A DNA stretch of 64,000 nt from Camelus dromedarius (Eukaryota). Shown here piece after piece: positions 1 through 8,612 of the stretch (positions within the stretch are counted from its first letter, which is position 1; each line of letters opens with the position of its first letter). The stretch spans positions 55,924,001 to 55,988,000 of the forward strand of contig NC_087451.1 in NCBI RefSeq assembly GCF_036321535.1, in the 5' to 3' direction. Under the pieces are notes generated by a model. That model was not told where the DNA came from, made no database searches, and saw only the letters and a list, made by a program, of their open reading frames with translations. The translations under genes were made by a program, and so were the position numbers.

Positions 1-685
1 GGGCGACCTTGTACCTGGCTGACTGGCTGAGCCAGGCCTAGGTGGGGGTGTGGAGAGGGAAAGGGTGGTGTGAGGAGCCACTCCCCTCCGCCCTTCCACC
101 ATTAACTCTTCAATTCCTGGGTATCCAGAGGACACAGGGTTTCTATTTAAAGACTTTAGGATCAAAGAGATGACAGTAGCTCCTTTCCGTTTTAATGGAG
201 CTGGTTCTCACCTGCCTATTTGGAACTCAAAGCTGTTAGGTAGGGCGTGGGGAGGGGAAGAGGGACACACAAGCACGCAACACTGACCCTAACCTCTGTG
301 CTTGGAAGTTCTCTTTGTCTAGAGACCCTTCTGTGGGCTACCTCTTTTATTTTCCGGGCAGATCTCAAGCTTAGTATATTATCTGACCAGCTTCTCACAC
401 ACATTGGAGACCAGTGGGCGTGGCCATCGAAGGGTGCCCCCTCCTTCCCTCCAGCTGCCTTGGCAGCTGCCAACCCCACCCCCGCAGCGGCTGCCCTGAA
501 CCTTCATGTGTGTGTGTGCGTGTGTGTATATGTGCACATGTACAGAGCATGACGGGGCAGGTGGCTGGGGATCCAGCCTGGCTAAAGAGAATTTGCCCTT
601 GGAAGCAAGAAAAGGGGGTGGTGAGTGTCCCATGGGGTCCTGGAAGTGCCCTCCTGACATCAGTGGTGACAATTGATCTCTACAG

Positions 686-764
686 ATATCCTGCTGGATG
701 ACATCGTTCTCACCCATTCTCTCTTCCTCCCTACGGAGAAATTTCTGCAGGAGCTACACCAGTA
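686..764 (+). CDS. RAPGEFL1: RAPGEFL1 coding exon ((D)ILLDDIVLTHSLFLPTEKFLQELHQ(Y)), REM-like region
   Basis: Acceptor tacag at 681-685. Exon ends CAG TA, followed by the U12-type donor ATATCCTTTT. Confidence 0.9.
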
Positions 765-1651
765 ATATCCTTTTGTGGAGCTTGCAAAAGGGGAGGTTGG
801 GAGGGAGCCACTCCCCCAACTCCACATGTGATGTGAGAGTCCAGGCTCTTCCCTAGAAAACACACTGGGTTCCATTCCAGGTTTTCCACTCAGCAACTGG
901 GTGACTTGGGGCAGGTCACCTAACCTCCTGGGGCCTCAGTTTCCTCTTCTGTAAAATGGGGATAAATAGCACCTGCCCTCCCTCCCTATGGGGCTGCTGT
1001 GGAGACCATTCTAATAGCACATGTGGGAGTGTTTTGGAGACTGCAGAGCCATGTACCAGTGTAAGGTGTTATTATTCTATTAAGAGTGCCTCTCTCCCCA
1101 CTGAATTATTGCTCTAAACATCTGGTTGCCCAGCAATTTATTACAGGGTCTGATGTAAACATCAGGTCACGGCCGCCCTGTGGTAGGGTCTACTAGAGAC
1201 AAGTTGCTGGCTGGGCTATTCATAGGGTCTCATGGAAGCATAGGGCCTCTCGCTGAGTTATTCTAGAACCAAACTGTGAATGTCAGGCCAGTGAGAAGAA
1301 TATCGTAGCCTCTCTTCAAAATACCAGGCCTTACACTAACGTATGGTTAGGTTGTGGTCAGCACCACTGGCCTTTATCAGCCTGCTGTGGGCTGATCCGA
1401 GGTTAGGTGGGACCAGGTAGCTTCTAGTGAATTTCCTCAAGTGAAATTCAAACAAACAGGAGCCGGACGTGGCCAAGTGAGTGCCATCGGGCATGGGAGG
1501 ATCTTGGCTCCAACGACCTTTTGATCTCCTTTCTCCCTGGCCCAAACCTAGAGAATTTTGAAGGGTGGCCTTGCCTCCCTTTGACTCCTGTATCCCTTCC
1601 CAGTCTCCTCAGGTCTGCCTGCCCAGGACTTTTTCTTAACTTAGGGGTCAG
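765..1651 (+). other. RAPGEFL1: U12-type (minor spliceosome) intron with AT-AG termini
   Basis: 5' end ATATCCTTTT (765-774) matches the U12 RTATCCTT consensus. Branch-site-like TTTTCTTAAC (1631-1640) lies 11 nt before the terminal AG (1650-1651), with no polypyrimidine tract. Only this junction (TA|C = Tyr) keeps the frame. Confidence 0.88.
897..1075. mobile_element. MIR SINE inside the U12 intron
   Basis: gggtgacttggggcaggtcacctaacctcctggggcctcagtttcctcttctgtaaaatggggataa, the MIR core. Confidence 0.8.
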
Positions 1652-1787
1652 CTTTGTTTGGGCAGGAGGCATGGAGGGCTCTGAGGGGCTGGGCCGGAAG
1701 CAGGCCTGTCTAGCCATGCTCCTTCATTTCTTGGACACCTACCAGGGGCTGCTGCAGGAGGAAGAGGGGGCCGGCTGCATCATCAAG
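1652..1787 (+). CDS. RAPGEFL1: RAPGEFL1 coding exon (FVWAGGMEGSEGLGRKQACLAMLLHFLDTYQGLLQEEEGAGCIIK)
   Basis: 136 nt, donor aag|gtgggc at 1788. Contains an in-frame ATG at 1671 in strong context (GGCATGG). Confidence 0.92.
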
Positions 1788-2016
1788 GTGGGCCTGGGAT
1801 GAGAAGGTGGGTGAGCAGGCTGTTTGCTCTGGAAGGGGGCCCCTTGGAAGGAGCCATACTTCTCAAGCTGGGTACCTGGAAGGAAAAGATGTCAGCCGGC
1901 CTTAGCTTATATGGTTCTTCTTTGCTTGAAGGCATGGAGACCCTGCCTTGCCTTTGCAGAGCCTCATGCCATGGATGAGACACTCGCCCTCACCTTCTCT
2001 CTTCTCCTCTCCGCAG

Positions 2017-2114
2017 GATCTGTACCTGCTGATTATGAAGGACGAGTCCCTTTACCAGGACCTCCGAGAGGACACACTGAGGCTGCACCAGCTTGTGGAA
2101 ACAGTGGAGCTAAA
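2017..2114 (+). CDS. RAPGEFL1: RAPGEFL1 coding exon (DLYLLIMKDESLYQDLREDTLRLHQLVETVEL(K))
   Basis: Pyrimidine tract + ccgcag acceptor, donor aa|gtgagg, 98 nt. Confidence 0.95.
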
Positions 2115-2528
2115 GTGAGGGGCATGGGCTGGGGGAGGGGACAGGAAAGAAGTCCCCCTTGCTCCTCTATTACAGGGCTGGGTGCCTCTGGGTGCCTCTG
2201 GAGTTTTGGCTCCAAGATGGTTTTATTTTCCCTTTCTCTTACTGGAGAAGTAGCACAAAGTACTGTCTCCAGTCATTTTAGGGGGTCCATTCTCCCATCC
2301 ATTTATTTGTCAATCCAATGGGGGTACTGATAAATATTTAACAAGCANNNNNNNNNNNNNNNNNNNNNNNNNNNNNNNNNNNNNNNNNNNNNNNNNNNNN
2401 NNNNNNNNNNNNNNNNNNNNNNNNNNNNNNNNNNNNNNNNNNNNNNNNNNNNNNNNNNNNNNNNNNNNNNNNNNNNNNNNNNNNNNNNNNNNNNTATTTT
2501 CACCATATAAATCCAACAGATGTAGAGC

Positions 2529-2650
2529 GGGGAGGGTATAGCTCAGCGGCAGAGTGCACACTTAGCATGCACCAGGTCCTGGGTTCGGTCCCCAGTACCT
2601 CCAGTAAACAAATAAATAATTAAGTAAATAAGCCTAATTACCACCTCCAA
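2529..2650 (+). mobile_element. Vic-1-type camelid tRNA-derived SINE
   Basis: ggggagggtatagctcag...ggtcctgggttcggtccccagtacctcc plus A-rich tail and cctaattacc; Pol III A/B boxes. Confidence 0.88.
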
Positions 2651-3995
2651 CACACACACACATCCAATCGAATGTAAATAACCTGAAAAGCATGGATAAT
2701 AGCAAAATGTAGTAAAACAGTTAGGGAACTACTTTTTGGGTAATAATTTGGCTATAAATTTATAAAACACATATATGTTTATATATAATTATACATGTGT
2801 AAGTTTATATATATGTATACATAATATATACATGTAATTTTTTTTAGTGCATGTGTTTAAAACCAGTTGGCAAAATTCCCCCAAAATGAACAATCTGCTC
2901 TCATGAGCCAATGTGAGCCAGCTTCAGGACACCAATGCACCCATCCCTCCATCTTTTCAGCCCTTTCAGTTTCTCTTGACTCCCTCCCACCGTCACACCC
3001 CTCATTTAGGCCTCATAATTCCTTCCCTGGATTATTGCCACAGCCTCCTACCCAGGACTTCAGCTTACGGTCTTCTGTAACTTTCTCTTCCTTCTTATGC
3101 TGACACCAGAGAGATCTCAAACTTGACAACCTTGTGCTTCCATTCCAGAAACATCCACAGCACCCCCTTTGCCTACGAGAAAGAGTTGCAACATCCCAGC
3201 CCTTCTCTTTCTGCCTCTGCTGATCCTTCCCATCTCACCTCCCACATCCCCCTTCCCCCATGAAACTCCCTCTACACCCCACCATTCCCTGAAGTCCTGT
3301 GGGTCCCACCTTCCTGCTGTCATTTATATGGTCCCCCCCAGAGTGCCCTCCTCCCACGCCCTGCTCTTCCTGTTGTCCTTCAAAGAGGTCAAATGCCATC
3401 TTCTCAGTGAAAGCTTCCCAGATCCACCTTTTAGCAGTAGCTGTCCCTCCCCCATACCAACATAACTCTCCTTGTACCTTTATTACATCGCCACACACCT
3501 CCTGCCTTGGTTAGAATTAGCAGTCTGCACATCTGTCTCCCTCCCAGACTGTGAAGTTCTTGCTGGCAAAATTCAGCAGTTGATGACCTACACCTACCAT
3601 GTGCCAGGCAGTGTGCTAGGCCTGGAGGATGAAAAAAAAAATTCAGTAAGAACTAATCCCAGCCCTCAAAAGCTCTCAATCTTGTAGAAGAGATAAGACA
3701 GGAACATAAACAAATATTAGCCCAATATCCCTATACCAGTTGAGACAAAAAGGTGACCTTTCCTGGTGGGTGGAGTGGGTAGAGAAGAATTCATGGCAGA
3801 GGTGGCATTTGACCTGGGTCACTCAGACAGTTGTCCCAAACTGGCCACTGTCCTGTCTTCTGACCCCCTTTACCACTCTCTGAACCTGATGCCGGTGCAT
3901 CCTTGACCCAGTTCTGATATCCCTCCTTGATGTTGTCTGCCTGGCCCTCAATATGCCGGGCAGGACTTCCTCATGCCCAGCTGTGTCCATGCCAG

Positions 3996-4108
3996 GATCC
4001 CAGAGGAGAGCCAGCCACCCAGCAAGCAGGTGAAGCCACTCTTCCGCCACTTCCGTCGGATAGACTCCTGCCTGCAGACCCGCGTGGCCTTCCGGGGTTC
4101 CGATGAGA
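3996..4108 (+). CDS. RAPGEFL1: RAPGEFL1 coding exon (IPEESQPPSKQVKPLFRHFRRIDSCLQTRVAFRGSDE)
   Basis: gccag acceptor, donor a|gtgagt, 113 nt, phases fit both neighbours. Confidence 0.94.
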
Positions 4109-4362
4109 GTGAGTGTGAACAGGAGGAGAGGCAGGCTTCCTGAGTGGCTCCGGGGGAACCTATGGGGTCTCTGGGACTGGGGTACCCTCCATGGAGTCTC
4201 CCTGGGTCATAGAACCAGTCCTTTTCACAGCATGTTTTTCAGAGGACAACCAGTTGAAGGATGGGGTGGGGTGGGGTGGGGAACAGAGGTACCCTGGAGG
4301 GAACTGTGCCAATATTGCCATTCTATCCTCTGATGCAAAGCCACCTTCCGGTCTCTATCCAG

Positions 4363-4530
4363 TCTTCTGCCGGGTCTACATGCCTGACCACTCTTATGTG
4401 ACCATACGCAGTCGTCTCTCAGCATCTGTGCAGGACATTCTGGGCTCTGTGACAGAGAAGTTGCAGTACTCAGAGGAGCCTGCAGGGCGCGAGGATTCCC
4501 TCATCCTGGTAGCTGTGGCCTCCTCAGGAG
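4363..4530 (+). CDS. RAPGEFL1: RAPGEFL1 coding exon ((I)FCRVYMPDHSYVTIRSRLSASVQDILGSVTEKLQYSEEPAGREDSLILVAVASSG), RA-like domain
   Basis: atccag acceptor, donor gag|gtgagg, 168 nt. The motif is typical of the Epac/RAPGEF Ras-association region. Confidence 0.95.
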
Positions 4531-4619
4531 GTGAGGGTCAGAAAGAGCTGGGCTGGGGGGCCACAAGAAGAGAAACACCAAGCCCAGTACTCTGGGGCAA
4601 AGGTAAAGACTGAATTCTA

Positions 4620-4790
4620 GGCCCTGGCTACTCAAAGTGTGTCCTGGGACCAGCCCCAGGAGCATCACCTGGGAGCTTACTACAAACGCAGTATCTCAGA
4701 CCCCACTGCAGACCTGCTGAATCAGAATGTGCATTTTAGCAAGGTCCCAGGTGATTTCTATGCACAGGAATGTTGGGGAAGCACTGGTCC
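4620..4790. mobile_element. MER5A-like hAT-Charlie MITE
   Basis: ctactcaaagtgtgtcc...gcatcacctgggagctt...ctgctgaatcagaatgtgcattttagcaaggtcccaggtgatt. Confidence 0.75.
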
Positions 4791-5037
4791 AGGACACTTG
4801 GATGCTGATCTGGGTGCCTGCCTCTTATTCACCTTGGGATCTGCTCCTTTAACCTCCTCCAGTGTCTAAGGGTGCTACGTTTTTGAGGCTAAAGACACAG
4901 GGTGGGCCTCCAATCCTGAAAGGAAAGCAAAAAGCCTGCAATATAGTCATAGCCTTATTTTCCTCTAAGGAAAAAATCTCTGCTTTCCCAGTGTCACAAG
5001 GATGACAGGAGAGAAGAGCTGTAAACACTGTTGGTAA

Positions 5038-5126
5038 GGGGTGTATATATAGCACAGTGGCAGAGCACATGCTTAGCATGCATGAGGTCCTGGGTTTGAT
5101 CCCCAGTACATCCATTAAGAAAAAAT
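5038..5126 (+). mobile_element. Vic-1-type SINE
   Basis: tagcacagtggcagagcacatgcttagcatgcatgaggtcctgggtttgatccccagtacatccattaag. Confidence 0.85.
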
Positions 5127-5339
5127 GTTGGGAGCAAATTGGAGGTTATAAATGTAAAAGGAGTAATTGTTTTCGGAAATGTCAGATAAATATGGCATAA
5201 ACTGGTGATAATATGAATCCCGTTAGTCTAGAATGTGTCCGTGCCGGCTTAGGAGTTTCTGGACAGGACAGCAGCAGTGGCTGGGGTGTGTGAGGGTGCG
5301 GTTGGCGGGGCTGAGGCAGAGCAGTTTGTTCTCCTGCAG

Positions 5340-5437
5340 AGAAGGTCCTTCTCCAGCCAACCGAAGACTGTGTCTTCACCACGCTGGGCATCAACAGCCA
5401 CCTGTTCGCTTGCACCCGAGACAGCTATGAGGCCCTG
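5340..5437 (+). CDS. RAPGEFL1: RAPGEFL1 coding exon ((E)KVLLQPTEDCVFTTLGINSHLFACTRDSYEAL)
   Basis: ctgcag acceptor, donor ctg|gtaaga, 98 nt. Confidence 0.95.
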
Positions 5438-5549
5438 GTAAGAACACCTTCCCAAGGCCATGGCTAGGAGCAAAGGCTGAGAGGGGCTGGGAGCAGAAAC
5501 TCACTAGCTCAGAGTGGAGCCCAGCCCCTGTGCCCTTGCCTGCCACCAG

Positions 5550-5672
5550 GTGCCTCTCCCGGAGGAGATTCAGGTCTCCCCTGGAGACACAGAGATCCAC
5601 CGAGGGGAGCCTGAGGACGTTGCCAACCACCTTACGGCCTTCCACTGGGAGCTGTTCCGCTGTGTGCACGAG
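5550..5672 (+). CDS. RAPGEFL1: RAPGEFL1 coding exon (VPLPEEIQVSPGDTEIHRGEPEDVANHLTAFHWELFRCVHE)
   Basis: caccag acceptor, donor gag|gtaggg, 123 nt. Start of the CDC25 domain. Confidence 0.95.
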
Positions 5673-6186
5673 GTAGGGATGGAGGCTGGAGCTGGGCTGA
5701 GGGCCTGGAGGGAGGCAGCGTCTGGGCTGAACTTCCTGGTGAAGATGCTCTCTTGCTACATGCCCTGGGGCAATGCACCACCAGAACCGCTCTAAGCCTT
5801 TGTCCCTTTATCTGGGGGAAAAAAAAAAAAAAAAAGCAAAGAGAGAGCTCCCCATCCTCCACTTCGCAGGAGTTTGGTTCAGGGCCCAAGTGCTGCTTAT
5901 CTCGAACCTGACCCATGGCTAGTATTTGTAAAATATTCACTATTAAATTAAAGAAGGCAGCAACAATAATGTATATCAGATGGTTCAAGTGCCTGACACC
6001 TGGTAAGTGTTCAGTAGACAGTAGAGTATTAATGTTGGTTGTTTTCCCCCCCATCTCTGTTGCATCCTGTCCTGTCCCCGTTTTTTCTATTTTCCACCCG
6101 TCCCGCCCCCACCCTCCTGCCTTTCCCGGCTGGCCGCCTCTCACTGCCATCTTCCCACCCACACCCCCCACGCCCTGGCGGCCCCG

Positions 6187-6398
6187 NNNNNNNNNNNNNN
6201 NNNNNNNNNNNNNNNNNNNNNNNNNNNNNNNNNNNNNNNNNNNNNNNNNNNNNNNNNNNNNNNNNNNNNNNNNNNNNNNNNNNNNNNNNNNNNNNNNNNN
6301 NNNNNNNNNNNNNNNNNNNNNNNNNNNNNNNNNNNNNNNNNNNNNNNNNNNNNNNNNNNNNNNNNNNNNNNNNNNNNNNNNNNNNNNNNNNNNNNNNN
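6187..6398 (+). CDS. RAPGEFL1: Inferred RAPGEFL1 coding exon hidden in a 212-nt N gap
   Basis: The upstream exon ends in phase 0 and the downstream exon begins in phase 2, so an exon of length 3n+2 is missing. The central CDC25 helices are absent from visible sequence, and GC-rich flanks run into the gap. Confidence 0.75.
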
Positions 6399-6462
6399 GG
6401 CTGCGCAGGGGGCAGGCCTCGGCCACCGGACCGCCCACTGACCCCGCCTCCCGCCCCTGCAG

Positions 6463-6553
6463 CTGCAAGCAGAACCAGGACCTGCTGTCCTTCTACGCCG
6501 TGGTCATGGGGCTGGACAACGCCGCGGTCAGTCGCCTGAGGCTCACCTGGGAG
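6463..6553 (+). CDS. RAPGEFL1: RAPGEFL1 coding exon ([30 protein letters not shown])
   Basis: ctgcag acceptor, donor gag|gtgatg, 91 nt. Classic RasGEF catalytic motif. Confidence 0.96.
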
Positions 6554-7126
6554 GTGATGAGACTTCTTCCCTTTCCGCTCCTCCCACCTGTGCGGGCCCA
6601 CCTCGGGGATCTTGGCCTCCAGCCTCAGCCTTGACACTCTGGGCTCCCCCAAGAGCGGCCTCCTGGACCGCTGCTCGCCTCTAGGGCTTTGTGCCAATTG
6701 GAGGGAGGCGCCCTCTTCTGGCAGAGACAGCCCCAGGGCACACAGCAAGGCTAAGGGACCCCGTCCATTTGGAGATTTATGAAGAGCTGGATTCTGTGCC
6801 TGTGGAGGAAGGAGAGGAGCAGGCAGCCCAGGCCAGGTCGCATACTTGGTTCTTGGGTTTCAGCCAGCACCCAGGGAGGCACCTTTGTACGGGCACTTGT
6901 ATCAGCAGAAGCCTCCATTTCCCCAGAATAACTCATCCCTCTGGGCCACTTCAAGCGCCCCAGACCTAGCCAAGGGCTGGCTCTACTTCCCCACCCGCCT
7001 GCTTCCCAGCTGCCTGCAAGGCACTCAGGCCCTTTCCCCCTCCAACCCATGGGGATTAGTCAGGAGATCCCATGAAACCCAAGGAGCTCCCCCTCTGATG
7101 TCCCTTCTCATTCCTTCACACTACAG

Positions 7127-7177
7127 AAGCTGCCAGGGAAATTCAAGAACTTGTTCCGCAAATTTGAGAACCTGACA
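7127..7177 (+). CDS. RAPGEFL1: RAPGEFL1 coding exon (KLPGKFKNLFRKFENLT)
   Basis: ctacag acceptor, donor aca|gtgagt, 51 nt. Confidence 0.94.
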
Positions 7178-7519
7178 GTGAGTGGGTTTGGCTCTTTTAA
7201 CTGCCCCTGGACTGGCACCCCAGAGACTGTTCCCATAAACCTCAAGGCTCCCTTTCAAAGTTTTTAGTGCCTGGGACCCTCCCTGTCTCCCTCCCCAACA
7301 TGCTGGAAGGGGAGAATGGGGAGGTTGCTACTTTGTTATCCTTGGAGGGGAGGGGAGAACAGTCAAGCCCCTGCCCAGCGCACCCCCCGCTACACGTCCA
7401 ATTACACACCTATCTGATCTAGGTGTATCTAGGGCAGTGGGATGAGGGAGGGAGTGGGGGATGACTTTGGGGTACACTGAGCCTATCTGTCCCTTTGTCC
7501 CTCTTTTGCTGAACACTAG

Positions 7520-7607
7520 GACCCCTGCAGGAACCACAAAAGTTACCGAGAAGTGATCTCCAAGATGAAGCCCCCTGTGATTCCTTTCGTGCCTCTGATC
7601 CTCAAAG
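7520..7607 (+). CDS. RAPGEFL1: RAPGEFL1 coding exon (DPCRNHKSYREVISKMKPPVIPFVPLILK)
   Basis: cactag acceptor, donor aag|gtgagt, 88 nt. RasGEF DP..N..YR and IPF motifs. Confidence 0.96.
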
Positions 7608-7790
7608 GTGAGTCACTTCCAAGCTGTGTTCTTCTCTCCACACTCTCCGTGCCCCATTCTGACCCTCAATCCCCTCTCAACTCAGCTCTGCATGCACCCA
7701 CCTAGAAAGGAGCTCCCTCTACCCGTATGGAGTGCGGTCTGGGGGAGGGGAACCTCCTCTCTTATCCACCTGCTTCTCTCCCGCCCCTAG

Positions 7791-7855
7791 ACCTGACTTT
7801 CCTGCACGAGGGGAGTAAGACCCTTGTAGATGGTTTGGTGAACATTGAGAAGCTG
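7791..7855 (+). CDS. RAPGEFL1: RAPGEFL1 coding exon ((D)LTFLHEGSKTLVDGLVNIEKL)
   Basis: ccctag acceptor, donor ctg|gtgagt, 65 nt. DLTF.HEGN-like and GLVN.EK motifs. Confidence 0.96.
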
Positions 7856-8196
7856 GTGAGTGACACTGCCAACCCCAGTCCTGTGAGTGGGGGGCTGGCA
7901 TCCTCTCCCTCTTCTGGCACCCCCTGAAAGATAGCAGCATTTCTCATGGCACTCAGCTTGCCTGACAAACTCCTGAGTGTCTCCCCAGTGGTGTCTCTGT
8001 GGCAACCTGCTCACAGGTGGCAAAGCATCAGCTCAGGGTGGGGGACAAGTCGACCTCCCCTTCACCTGGCACCCCGTTACACCCCAGAGTTGGGGACTAG
8101 GGGGAGTAGAAAAAAGTTGGGGGTTGAGGGGGGGGCAGAAGAGCAGCGAGCACCTTTTTATGCCCTTTTCGAGGCTCATGCCTTGTCATCCCCCAG

Positions 8197-8251
8197 CATT
8201 CAGTGGCGGAGAAGGTGAGGACAGTCCGCAAATACCGGAGCCGGCCCCTCT
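8197..8251 (+). CDS. RAPGEFL1: RAPGEFL1 coding exon (HSVAEKVRTVRKYRSRPL)
   Basis: ccccag acceptor, donor t|gtgagt, 55 nt. Confidence 0.94.
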
Positions 8252-8487
8252 GTGAGTACCCAGGGTTCTGAGAGCATTACAGGTAGAGCTTTGACTGAAC
8301 AGGAGGGTTCCTGGGATAACTCCCCACTCGAATGTTTATTTCCTTAAACTTGTTTCTCCATTCTCTCCTTGGCCTCCCCAGGGGCCCTCCTGCATCCCAG
8401 TCTGCATCCTTCTCCTCTGGCTGGTGTGTGTGTAGAGGAAGAAGGGAGGCTGGTCCCCTGACCGCCTCTCTCTCCTCACACCCCTAG

Positions 8488-8612
8488 GCCTTGAAATGGA
8501 GGCGTCCCCCCATCACCTGCAGACCAAGGCCTATGTGCGCCAGTTCCAGGTCATTGACAACCAGAACCTCCTCTTCGAGCTTTCCTACAAGCTGGAGGCC
8601 AATAGTCAGTGA
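8488..8612 (+). CDS. RAPGEFL1: RAPGEFL1 last coding exon ((C)LEMEASPHHLQTKAYVRQFQVIDNQNLLFELSYKLEANSQ*)
   Basis: ccctag acceptor, stop TGA at 8610-8612. Confidence 0.96.

Noticed and set aside
2529-2650. tRNA-like sequences with A and B boxes (this and about 12 similar copies)
   Set aside because: These are tRNA-derived Vic-1 SINE heads with A-rich tails and TSDs, not tRNA genes. No full cloverleaf or acceptor stem.
5632-6748. Four ORFs of 166-278 aa around the N gap
   Set aside because: They are long only because they read through 212 Ns. The real coding content is the RAPGEFL1 exons.
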